A stretch of 60,035 nt of DNA, counting the filler, from Rhizaria sp. SCN 62-66 (Eukaryota), in assembly GCA_001724265.1 (NCBI GenBank). It is 5 parts of 5 records of this genome, joined end to end, with 100 filler letters (N's around TTAATTAATTAA, not from the genome) between each part and the next. Parts side by side here need not be neighbours in the genome. Positions count along the whole stretch, not along the records: positions 10,089 to 20,036 come from MEDY01000566.1; positions 20,137 to 29,975 come from MEDY01000567.1; 3 more parts are not named here. The stretch is one strand, 5' to 3'. Positions 12,078 to 23,383 of this stretch are shown in pieces (the stretch's first letter is position 1; each line of letters starts with the position of its first letter). The translations under genes were made by a program, and so were the position numbers. The notes under the pieces were generated by a model, which saw nothing but the letters and a program-made list of their open reading frames with translations, made no database searches and was not told the origin of the DNA.

Positions 12078-13575
12078 GGGGAGTCAGCGACTACGGCGGC
12101 TCACGCGGGGCAGAGCGGCGGCGGCAGCGGCGGCGGCGGCAACGCGGGGAGTGGTGGGGTGGGTCTGTGGCGAATGCGGGGAAAAGTTACTACAGCGCAA
12201 AGTGGGAAACGCAGAACCGGTAGGAAAAGAGGGGAATAAGACGGGAGATAAATAATAAGAAGGTTTTGCGTGAGGGAAAGGCCTGGGGTGAAGCGGAGGA
12301 GATGGTGCGGGGAAGATCTCCGGAGCGGAATTACGATTCAAATTTCAGAGACAAATACCGCGCGCTAGAAATGGTTACATGTTAAACTTAGTATCGTTAT
12401 AGAGCGGAAGCAATATATCGCGATCTTCTCTTTGTCCAATGTTACTTCATCGCAAAAAACGTAAAAATAATGGCGCAAGACAGCACTCCGCTTGGACGGT
12501 TGGACTGGTACTCTGTGGGCTGCATGCAAGTGAATGCCGATTAATATTGCAAAAGGAAAACGCCAACCGGCTGGTCGAGGCCGAATACACCACGTTTGCC
12601 TAGTACGAAGCAGTACAGAGGCATACATGGTGCGCACCAAGGCGCGCTGGTCAATTTCCAATGTCGTTGGTCAGCCTTCGCCAGGCCGCCCTCCGAGAAA
12701 GAGGTTGGATAGCATGAATAATAAACATTATTATGTAACGTAGTAACAAACCAGTTATTCCCGGCGCAGAGAGCCCAAGTAGATCAATAATAGTCCAAGT
12801 GAAGCACGCCTTGAACCGTATTTAAGCAATTCACGCCGACGGAGTGCCACCCACCAACTGCTCAATCAAAACCGTCGATCGGTGTTGGTTGGTTGGTCGG
12901 CGTGTTGGGCTTTTTTCGGAACCTGACAAACGGCTCAGAAAGCATTCGGAAATTCAACGGAAATACGAGCTGTGGTATGAAATAGCATCGTGAAAGTAGA
13001 AGATTGAAATATGCTATTATTCTAGAGCGCATGGATATGATATCGGTGTTTTAGCTCCAGTAACGGAAGTCCTACCCTTCTGCGATCGTGTCTTCATCAT
13101 TACTACACACAACTTCCAGCGCCCTCCCATCATCGTCTCATCACGCCTCGTGCGCCTGTTATTTGGTTTTTAGACAGAAATACTGTATTTTAAGCTATAT
13201 ATGCTGTAATTAATATCATTTGACTCGGAGCCGCTCTTTCTTCGAGCTGATTTCATGCAGTAGCCTTCATTTCTCTCATCATAACTCAGTCTTCGAGCGT
13301 TACCGTCTCGCTCACCACATCACTTCTGTTCGACTTGGCTCCTTTCTCTGTCACTCCACACAGCCCTCGCAGACTTGTCGCCACATTTTTGGCGTTTTGT
13401 CTCCGCGCGCTTCACTTTTTTCCCCCTAAAAGGGCAGCGCCAACCTCGCTCGCGCCCTCTTACCAAACTCACTTAAAGCGAGTTCTACTTCTTCGGCTGC
13501 GCAGGAGCCGGGCCCCCCGCTCTCTCCCTCGCGCGCGCACTCCAGCGCAGCTTGCCTCCGCGCCCGGCCCCCGTG

Positions 13576-14153
13576 ATGTTTGGCGCGGCCGGCCCCGCGT
13601 ACGGCCCCATGCGCGCCTCCGCCGGCGTCGCCGCATCCGCCGGGGCTTTCGGCGGCCCGGTGCTTGGCCCCGCTCAGACCTCCTCCTCGGCCTACCCCGC
13701 CGCCAACGCGTACGCGACCGCGGGCCATGGCGCGAACAGTGGCTGGGGCGCGGGCCCGGTCCGCGGGCCGCAAGGTCCCGTGCCCGGCCCGACCGGCGCT
13801 AACGCCCATCCAGCAGCACAGTACGGCCGCTTGTACGCCAACAACAACGCTGGCAACGACGACGGAAACGACGACGGCGACGGAAACGACGACGACGGCG
13901 GTGTCGGCGACGACGGCCCCGCGGCCGGCGGCGCCGCGGGCGGCCAGCGCTGGCACGGCAACGGCACCGCCCCGCGCTTCGGGGAGACGGTCTTCCCCGG
14001 GGGCGACGGCTCCGTGGCGCCCCGCGCGCGCAACAAGCAGCGCAGCAGCAACGGCGGCGGCGCCGCTGCCAACAACCGCCAAGGCGGCAGCTACAACTAT
14101 AATAGCACGCAACAGCAGCAGCAGCAGCAGCAGCAGCCGCGCCACCAGAACAG

Positions 14154-14192
<39 letters not shown>

Positions 14193-16213
14193 CGGCGGCC
14201 AAGGCCATGGCCAGGGCCAACACAGACGCGGCGGGTCGTCCCCTAGCGCAGCGGCCGGCACCACGCGGCCCAACACGGCCAGCCGCAACGGCCCCGTCAA
14301 CAGCGGCAATGACAATGGCCACAACGCCAACGGCCCGACTGCTGGGGCGCGGGGCAGCCAGCGCGGTCAGTACGACGGCAATCACAACGGCAACTGGTAC
14401 GGCGACAACAACAACAACGTCAATAACGGTGATGGCGAGGAGGACGATGACGATGGAGATTCTGAGTATGCGTTCGAGTTTGATGACGACGAAAACATCG
14501 GCAACCACGACAACGCGGAGCCAGAGCCTCCGACGCCGCAGCAGCAACAGAAGCAGAGGCCATCGCAGCAACAGTCGCTGCAATACCCTCAACAGCAGCA
14601 GTTGCAACCACAGCAACAGCAACAGCAGCAGCAGCAGCAGCACGATCGTAGTCGGTCTCGTCCCAGCTCCTCGCGCCAGCCACAGCAGCAGCAGCAGCAA
14701 CAGCAGGCTGTGATGCTCAGTCCGCACCAGCAGCAACAACAGCTGCTGCAGCAACAGCAGCAGCAGCGCCAGCAAGCCCGCGCGCAAATGCTGCAGCAAC
14801 AGCAGCAGCAGTACGCCCCGCACCTGAATCAACAGCAGCCGCAGCAACAGCAGGAGCGCCGTCAGCAGCAGCAGCAGCAGCAGCCTCCACAGCAGCAGCA
14901 ACAACAGCAGCCGCAACGGTCGCGCGCCGCCCCGTCGCCTGGACAGGCCCAGGCCCCTGCGACCCCTGCCGCCGCCCCCGCCCCCGCCGCCGCCGCTGCC
15001 ACTGGAGCCGGGGCCGCGACGCCCGCCGGCCCCGCTGCGCCCGCGGTCCCAGGCTCGGTGACGAGCATGCAGCCGAACGACATCATCAAAAACCGCTGGA
15101 TCCTCCAGGAGCGCGTGGGTCACGGCGCCTTTGGTGACGTCTTCTTCGCGCAACACTTGCTCAAACCGCGGCGCGCCGTGCTAAAGATCGAGTCGTTCGC
15201 GGCGGCGGCGGCCCGCAACATGCGGCCCGTGCTCAAGGTCGAGGCCGTGGTGCTCCGCGACACGCAGCACCTGCCGTGTGTCGCGCGCTTCTACGAGTAC
15301 TCGGCCGACACGGTTGCCGAGATGTACTTTCTCGCGCAGTCTGTGCTCGGTGAGGACCTGATGAAGCTGCGCAAGCGGCGGCCCGGCGGCCGGTTCTCGC
15401 CCGTGACGGTGCTGCGCGTCGGCATCCAAGGACTGCTCGCGCTCAAGGGGCTGCACGAGGCGGGGTATATCCACCGTGACGTCAAACCCGCAAACCTGTG
15501 CATCGGCTACGGCGCGCCTGCGAACCGGACGGTGCACATCATCGACTTCGGGCTGATCCGCGAGTACGTCGACCGCGCCACGCAGGCGCACTTACCCGCG
15601 CGGCCCGACGCCAAGGGTTTCCGCGGTACGCCTAAGTACGCGTCACCCAACGTGCACCTGGAGCAGGACCAGGGCCGCCGCGACGACCTCTGGTCGCTGC
15701 TCTATGTGCTGATCGAGTTCGCGGCTGGCGCGCTGCCCTGGTCGCATCTGCCCGACCGCGTGGCGATGGGCGCGCTCAAGATCGAGCTCATGGACCCACG
15801 CGGACTCGACGCGCTGCTCGCGGGCGTCCCGCCGGAGCTACTCTACGCGCTCACGCAGGTCTTCCATACCGTGCGCGGGCTCGAATACCACGAGACGCCG
15901 CCCTACGAGCGCCTGGTGCAGACCATGGAGACGCAGATCCAGCTGCTTGCGTCCTCGGTCGGCGTTGCACCCGCCACGGGCGAGCCGCTCCCGCAGTCCG
16001 CCTCGGGGGGCCGCGGCGTGCACGGCGGCGTCGAGGCTCTGGCGGCGTCGGCCGCGGCGTTGGGCTTCGTCGCGGGGACCATGTTCGACTGGGAGAGTCA
16101 GCCGCCGCCGCCGCCGCTGAAGCTGGTCACGTTCACGGGCGCCGTTGCGGAGAAGGTCGACCGCGCGATTGCGCTCGCGCAGGCCACGCAACAGCAGCAG
16201 CAGCAGGCCGCGA

Positions 16214-16248
<35 letters not shown>

Positions 16249-17601
16249 TTGTTCTCGACTGCAGCCGCCGCCCCCGCGCCTGTCGCCGACGCGAATCACA
16301 ATAACAACATTGCGAACGCCAACGCGGACGCCGAGTTTGAGCAGCAGCAGCGCGAGCAGGCCGCGGCGGCCGAGGCGGCGGCGGCCGAGGCGGCGCGTCA
16401 GCGGCACCAGCTCCACGAACAGGAGCGGCAGCGCAAGAAGGAGCGCCACGAGCGCACGCGCCAGCTGCAGGAGCAACAGCAGCAGCAGCAGCAGCAGGGC
16501 GAACAAGGGCAGCAGCAACTGCAATCACCCATGCTCGTCGTTACACCTGCGCAGCAACCGCAACTACAGCAACAACAGCAGCAACAGCAGATCGCCACCG
16601 CACCGTCGGTGTTCTCGTCCCCCGGCGGCCCTGTCCCCTCTGCCGCCACCAACACCAAGGCGGGCGCCGCGCTGGCCGCCCCCGGTGGCGGCGTCCCCGG
16701 CGGCGCGAGCGACGTGTCGGTCGAGATGGCCCGACGGGTGGCCGAGATGCTCGTCCGCGGCGAGCGCAACGAGCGGCTCGAGGTTGAGCGCTCGCTCGAG
16801 CGCGAGCGCGAGCAACAACAACAGCAACAGCAAATGCAGCAGCAACAGCAGCAGCAGCGTGAGCGCGAGCAGCGTGAGGCGGAGGCCAGGGCCAAGGCCG
16901 AGGCTGAAGCCGCCGCGGCGGCTGCGGAGGCCGAGCGGCTTAAGGCTGAGGCTGACGCCCGGGCCAAGGCAGAGGCCGAGGCCGAGACGGCGCGGGTGCT
17001 GGCCGTCGCCGAGGCCGACGCGCGCGCCCGCGCCGAGGCCGAGGCCGCTGCGCGCGCGCGCGCCGTGGCGTTGGCGCAAGCACAGACGCAGGCCGAGGCC
17101 GAGGCGCGTGCCAAAGCAGAGGCCGTCGCGCGCGCGCAGGCGCTGGCGGAGGCCGAGGCGGCCGCCCGGGCGCGCGTGCTGCAGGCTGAGGCCGCGGCGC
17201 GCGCGGAGGCCGCTGCCAAGGCCGAGGCAGAGGCCAAAGCCGAAGCTGAGGCCAAGGCCAAGGCGGAGGCGGAGGCTAGGGCGCGCGCCGAGGCGGAGGT
17301 CAAGGCGGAGGCCGTGGACCGCGCCCGCGCGATAGCGGAGGCTGAGGCCAGGGCCCGCGCTGAGGCCGAGGCCGCCGCCGCTGCTGCTGCCGCCGCTGAG
17401 GCCGAGGCGGCCGCGCGCGCGCTGGCGCAGCGCGAGCGCGAGGCGGCTGAAGAGCGCGAGCGGGCCCATGACCGTGAGCGCGAGCGCGAGCGCGAAAAGG
17501 AGCAGCAGCTGCGGCTTCAGCAACAGCGGCAGCAGCTGCAGCAGCAACAGCAGCAACTCCAGCAGCAGCAACAGGACCTCCAACAGCAGCAGCAACAGCT
17601 T

Positions 17602-17638
<37 letters not shown>

Positions 17639-20036
17639 GCGCGTCGCCGTCGACGGCCGCGGCGGGCGGCAAGCGCCTCTCGCCGCACGGCAGCATCGCC
17701 AGCGGTAAGGGCCTCGGCTCCGCACGGAACAGCTACAACGGCCCGGGCTTCTCAGCCGCGGCGGCCGCGGCGGCTGCAGCAGGCAGTGGGCGCATCGGCG
17801 CAGCAGCGTCGCCCGCGACGGGCCCCGAGCCCGTCCTGTGGCTGTTGTCTGACGCCTCCGTGAGCGACCGCGGCAACTATGGCGACGGCAATGGCAGTGA
17901 CAACAACGCTGAGCTGCCCGCTCCTGGCGCCACGGCAGCCCAGGGGGCCGAGACTGTGCTCGGCCGCGCCGTCTCGAACCACACCCAGCAGCAACAACAA
18001 CAGCAACAACAGGAGCAGCAGCAGCCCACAGCAGGCTCCGTGCCTGTGGGCGCGGTTGCGAGCATCACGGCCTTTGTTGCCTCGTACGACCGCTACCTCG
18101 ACACGCAACAAGCGCAGCAGCAGCCGTACGGTCAACAACAGGGCCAGTCTCAGCCTCAGCCTCAGCCTCATCCTCAGCCTCAGCTTCAGGGCCAGGGCCT
18201 GGGCTACAGTCATCAGCCACAGTCAATGACGGCGGTGCCGACTGGGGGCGCGCATCACTTGTTGCCGCCCGCGCAGCCCTCCGTCGCAGTCGCCATCGGT
18301 CAGCATTACCAACAGCAGCAGCAGGCGCAACAGCAGCACATGCAGCAGTCTGCGTCCGCGTCCGGCTCCTTCGGCCCTTCCGGCCCCGCGCTGCGTGCGC
18401 TCCCGCACTCTGGTTCCAGCGCGACCCCGGGCTCGAGCTTCGGCGTCCCCGTCGTCGTCGCCAGCCCCAGCTCCGCCAACGGCAACGGCAATGGCAACGG
18501 CAACGCAGCCGGCAACGCGGCGGCGCTGTCCGCCGCCGGCGCGGCCGCTGCGCCAGTGGCGGTGACGGCGGTGGCGGCGTCGCCGGCGCACGGCGCGCGC
18601 GCCGCGGCGCTGCCCGCGCTGCGCCCGTCGCTGTCGCCCGCCCCGTCGGCCCACATGCCGCTGCCGCTGCCGCTGCCGCTGCCGCTGCCGCTGCCGCTGC
18701 CCGCGTCGGCGACGGGGGGTTCCGGCGCGGGCGCGAGCGCTGCGCCGGGGCTAGGGCCGGGTGCGGCGGCGGGTGTGACGCTGCCTGCGCAGGCGCCTGC
18801 GTCGCCCGCGCTGCCGCAGCTGTCGCAGGGCCCGCTGGCGCCGCTGCACCACGTGCCCGCCCTCGGCCACGGCCATGGTCACGGCCTCGGCCACGGCCAT
18901 GGTCACGGTGCGCACGGCCACCCGCACGGCCACGGCCACGGCCACGGGCTCTTCTCGGGGCTTGCGCACGGCGGCGGCCACGGCTTCGGGGCCCACTCGC
19001 AGCTCCAGCTGCAGTCGCATGACAGCTTCGACGGCGCCGCCTCTGCCGCTGCTGGCTCTGGCGCTGGCGCTGGTATCGCCGTCACGGCCGGCGCGCCGAC
19101 CGCTGCCATCGGGGCCTCGGCCTTCGCTGCGGCCGTTGCCAACGCTGGCGCGGGCGGCAGCGGCAGCAGCTCTGTTGCGCCGGGCAGCGGGCGCGGACTC
19201 GGCGGCCAACGGCGCCAGTCGTTCACGTCGCCCGGCTCCGCGGCGGCCGCGACCGCGGCGGTGGCCGCGAACACGGGATCTGGTGCTGGCGTTGCCAGTG
19301 TCACTGGTCCGGCCACGAGTCTCACGCCGCTGCCTCTGCCCCACCAGCAGCAGCAGCAGGACCAGGGCCAGTCGGCAGGCCACGGCCTGGAGCCCCCCGG
19401 CGGCGGTGCGCTTGAGCGCGGCGCTGCTGACCGTGACCGCGGAGTGGCCGACGACTCCCCGTCGGCGGTGTACCAGACCCCCGCCAAGGGCCCCGCCAGC
19501 GCGCGCCGCCGCACCGCCACCACCGCATTGCTGGCCACGACCACGCCCGCCGCTGCTGCGGGTGCTGCCGGCTCTGCTGCGAACGGCAGCGCGACACCGA
19601 TCTCCGCGATCGCGTCCCCCAGAGGCGCCGCCACCGGCGCCGGCGCTGCCGCGGCTCCCGCCTCCTCGACTGCTGCCGCTGCCGCTGGCAGCGCCCCTGC
19701 GCCGCGCCCGCCATCGACTCCGGCGCCGCCGTCCGCGGCGGGCGGCGGCGGCAACGCGGCGACGCCCGCGCACCGGCGCCCGCGGCCGCCGGGCTCGCTG
19801 CGGCCCCACGAGCCGCCCGGGCGGCCCGGCGACGGCCTCGGGTTTGGGCACGCTGCCAGCGCCGCGCTGCTCGGCCCCGGCGACAGCTACCCCGCCCCCG
19901 TGGGCTCGCCCTACGGTGCTGCCGGCGGCGGCGGTGGTGTGGGGCCGCGCGGGCGGCTGGTGCAGCGCACGGGCGCGGCGGCGGCGGCGCGGTCCACGGG
20001 CCGCGCGGTCGGGCCCGCGCAGGGCGCGCCGCCGCC
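13576..20036 (+). CDS. CK1-superfamily (tau-tubulin kinase-like) Ser/Thr kinase with long polyQ, coiled-coil and low-complexity regions; 3'-partial, start uncertain
   Basis: Kinase domain at about 15080-15930: [68 protein letters not shown] (TTBK-type signature). A possible splice acceptor near 13430 suggests an upstream exon. Confidence 0.88.
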
Positions 20037-20136
20037 NNNNNNNNNNNNNNNNNNNNNNNNNNNNNNNNNNNNNNNNNNNNTTAATTAATTAANNNNNNNN
20101 NNNNNNNNNNNNNNNNNNNNNNNNNNNNNNNNNNNN
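20037..20136. other. Artificial contig spacer
   Basis: Same N/TTAATTAATTAA/N linker. Confidence 0.98.
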
Positions 20137-20352
20137 CTTGGAGGCGCCAGCAGCGGGGGCAGTAGCGAGGAGAGCCTCGCCCTTCTCGAGGAGGGCATCG
20201 ATGGACTGGCCCTTGCACTCCTCAATGAGCTTAGCGAGCTTGGCCTCATCAGCAGAGATGCCGACGCTGTCGAGGATCTTGGTGACGTCAGCGACGGAGG
20301 GCTGGTCGTTGCCGGCGAGGACGGCGAGGAGGTAGGCAGCAACGTGCTTCAT
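20137..20352 (-). CDS. RPLP2: 60S acidic ribosomal protein P2, 3'-partial
   Basis: MKHVAAYLLAVLAGNDQPSVADVTKILDSVGISADEAKLAKLIEECKGQSIDALLEKG is a canonical P2 N-terminus. Confidence 0.93.
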
Positions 20353-22156
20353 TAGACGATACTCTGTGTAACAAGGCAAAGATGAAGAAAGAGAGGGGGC
20401 ACACGAGGCAGGGTAGAGGGCAAAACGGAGGCAATAGAGAGAGTGCAGAGAAGGGGATTATGTGAGAAATAGAGTGGACAGTAGGATAGCGAACAACAGA
20501 TCACACACACAAAGGTGTGCGAACTTCAACAGGGCTGAACGCTTCAGTAACAGCCCATGAGGGACGCGAGCAAGCAAATGTGATACGTAGTAGCCCGCTT
20601 AAACACGGCAGCATCACTGACAAGTGAAGAGTGAATCCGTAATCAAGCCTGGTGGGGTTGAGAAAGGTGGGAACGACCCATGCTGCGCCGGTGGTCGGCG
20701 CGGCGCCATTGTCACCTCTCAACAGAGTCCAAAAGAGCGCCGAGTGAATTTCGCAAAACGATAAATAGAAATGACACGCGGCAATGTAGCCTTATGCAAA
20801 CCCATGATCGTAAATACCCTTTCTATGTCCCATAAAAGACGCCCGACGGTCCATGTTGCGAAAGCCAGGTTTGGCTCTCTGCTCCCCACCCCGCCGGCGG
20901 CCAAACTTTCTGGGGCCTTGCTCACAGTCACCTGCTGGCGACCGTGGGCAAAATGAACTTTGTGTCCTGCTCAAAACAATATCAAATCGAACTTACAATT
21001 TTATGAAATGAAACAAAACAACATGAATATGTCATATTTTTTGGTAGTGACATATCGGAACGAATTATTTTCCGTCGTAGCCAAGTTAATCGAAGTGTAG
21101 GTGTGAAAGAATCATGAAAACGTTGTGTATATTGGTCAGAGGGTTTGGCTGTGCGGTGCAAACTACACAGAGGGTATCAGAGAAATGTACAAAAGCGTTA
21201 TGGTAACTACATATAGACGTTAAGGACGCTCAGAAGCGTTCGTTTTAACTTAACTAAAGAGATTGCAAAGTATTTAACGTGCAAAGAGAGGGAGGGATGA
21301 AAATGAAACAAACACGAAGTGTAATAACTTGAGAAGAATGAGAACAAAATAAAAAGGAACAGGGTCATAACTGCAACGCCTCATTGCTCTCTTTGCAAAG
21401 AGCACACAAAAGCGTCGCAAATGCCACCGTAATAAAAAAAAGAAGAAGTATCACCCTTTCTGCAAACGTGACCTGTGTGGATGCGCAGTGTTGTTATTCA
21501 TATTTGCTCTGGTTGCGATCAAAACATGTCTAGTGGGGAAATAACGCGCTGTACATGAACACAAAGCGCCGTCTCTCTCGAATCGCGATCAGGTTACAGA
21601 CAGCACGGCCATAAGTGATCACGCTTACACTCGCACAGTGAACGAGCGATGCAAATGTGAGCAATTGGGCGGGGTGTGGCTACAAGTAGGTCAGCGGTGT
21701 TCGAGCAGAGGGGGGACTTGTTGTGAGAACATGTAAGTGCAGCTATTTCCTCCACGAATAGGTTTGGATGCAGAGAAATGAAAAACAAAGACAAATAGCA
21801 ACCAACAAACATCGGAACAGCAATACCCCGACAGGTATTGATGTCACACAAAACACGAAGCACACAGGACACAAACAAAATAACCTGCTACAAAATAGAG
21901 AGATTTCCATAGAAAAGAAAAGAAAAGTGTAACGATTACACTTTTACAAACCGCAAACAAACAACTAGTCAAAGACATCAACGAACAAACGATGACGACG
22001 GCCTAGTGACAATGACACAGAAGACACAAAATAGCAAAAGAAAGACCGAAGCACTTCAGACTCCCCTGTTGGCACTTGTGGATAAAGCGCGCATAGAGGT
22101 AGTGTGAGTCGGCAACTCAAACTCAAACAAGGGAAACAACATTTCAAGAAGCGCGG

Positions 22157-23383
22157 TTAACGCTTTCTCGCGTTGTTTTTGTTCGAAAGAGTTGCCTCAT
22201 CGAACACCCTCGCAGAGCCCTTGCTGCCTTTGCCCCGCCCATCCTTGTCTTTGCTGTCCCTGCCCTTATCACTGCTGTCTTTGCCGTCCTTGCGAGCACT
22301 TGCAGCATTGGCACTGGCATTGGCGCTGGCGCTGGCACTGGCAGTGCTGAGGTTGCTGCTGGTACTGCGGACAAATATCCCGCTCGTGCTGATGGCGACC
22401 CCGCTGCTACCGACGCTGCTGCGACTGAGGCTCCGAGGGGCGAGCCCAGAAGAGTGCAGCGCCGTCATCGTCGCTGCAGCGACTGAGGCGGCAGCAGACG
22501 CAGCGGCAGCGGAGGCGGTCAGTGGTGACATCACCGGCGACGCAGCCGGAGACGCGGCCGCAGCCGAGGCGTGCAAGGTCCGCGTCTTTGATTGAATCGC
22601 CGGCGAGGCTGCTGATGTCGACAGCGACAACGACGAAGTTGCTACTGGCGTTGGTGGTGGTAACTTTGGCGTGGTCGGTGAGCTCGGCATCGTCGACGTG
22701 TTGTGACTGCGAGCGCGACCGTGGCCGGGACCGCGAGCATTGCCGTTCCTGTTGCTGCTGTTTCGACTGTAGTAGGCGTGGCTGTGGCCGGGGGCGTGGC
22801 TGAGAGCGACGCTGTTGTGCGGGCGACTGAGAGTGTTGTGACCGCGAGCCGTGGCCCCGTGTCGATGGGCGCAGTGCAGGCAGCCAGCAGTGGGCTGGTG
22901 TGGTTGTGTGCGCAGAGGAGTGGTACTCGTGCAGCCGAGGTCACTCGCACTGCTGATGGCGTCAGCATCATATCTGTCATCATCATCATCATCTTCGGAG
23001 TCCCGGTGACGGGTACAGTTGTCATCGTCATCATTATCGTTGGTGCTGAGAGAGACCGTGGTTGTGGTCGTGTTGCTCCGAACCAAGCCGTGGCAACGGC
23101 GGTGGCAGTGGCAGCTACAGTCGCCGCCGCCGCCGTCGCCACTGTTGTTGTTGTCCGAAGCAGGCGCAGGCGCAGTCCCAGTCGCAGTCGCAGTGTTCGT
23201 CGTCGTCGTCGTCGTCATTGCACTAACAACGTCATCAGCGTCATCGTCGTTGCTGTGTTGGCCGTTGTCGGTGTTGTTTTTCCTAGTGTTGGCGCGGTTG
23301 TGGGTGTCGCCGTCCGCAGTCGCGGCAGTCGTGAGCTGCGATTGTGACTTTGACTTAGACAGCCCTTTAGGCAGAGCTGTCAA
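22157..23383 (-). CDS. Coding-like low-complexity ORF in the +1 frame overlapping the PMCA stop codon; mode of expression unclear
   Basis: At least 408 open codons with in-frame D/N/T/S/A runs and a KD-rich tail (KDGKDSSDKGRDSKDKDG), ending in TAA before AT-rich UTR-like sequence. No ATG at the 5' end. Confidence 0.4.
   Translation of the reverse strand: MTALPKGLSKSKSQSQLTTAATADGDTHNRANTRKNNTDNGQHSNDDDADDVVSAMTTTTTTNTATATGTAPAPASDNNNSGDGGGGDCSCHCHRRCHGLVRSNTTTTTVSLSTNDNDDDDNCTRHRDSEDDDDDDRYDADAISSASDLGCTSTTPLRTQPHQPTAGCLHCAHRHGATARGHNTLSRPHNSVALSHAPGHSHAYYSRNSSNRNGNARGPGHGRARSHNTSTMPSSPTTPKLPPPTPVATSSLSLSTSAASPAIQSKTRTLHASAAAASPAASPVMSPLTASAAAASAAASVAAATMTALHSSGLAPRSLSRSSVGSSGVAISTSGIFVRSTSSNLSTASASASANASANAASARKDGKDSSDKGRDSKDKDGRGKGSKGSARVFDEATLSNKNNARKR

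Noticed and set aside
12832-12904. 9-bp inverted repeat CACGCCGAC/GTCGGCGTG in the divergent intergenic region
   Set aside because: Too short and loosely structured to distinguish from chance; no tRNA or snRNA features.
13255-13284. ATG CAG TAG CCT upstream of the kinase as another read-through start
   Set aside because: The frame hits TAA seven codons after the TAG, and no convincing splice donor links it to the kinase frame.
4131-20092. Numerous long overlapping and antisense ORFs in the ORF track
   Set aside because: These are shadow ORFs caused by very high GC and stop-codon scarcity. Translations are Arg/Pro-rich or poly-Leu/Cys mirrors of polyQ, with no motifs.
20544-20620. Possible box C/D snoRNA upstream of RPLP2 (GTGATGC...CTGA on the minus strand, with CCGTGTTT resembling a U18-type guide)
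   Set aside because: Box C is imperfect, apparent rRNA complementarity is only about 8 nt, and there is no clear D' box.
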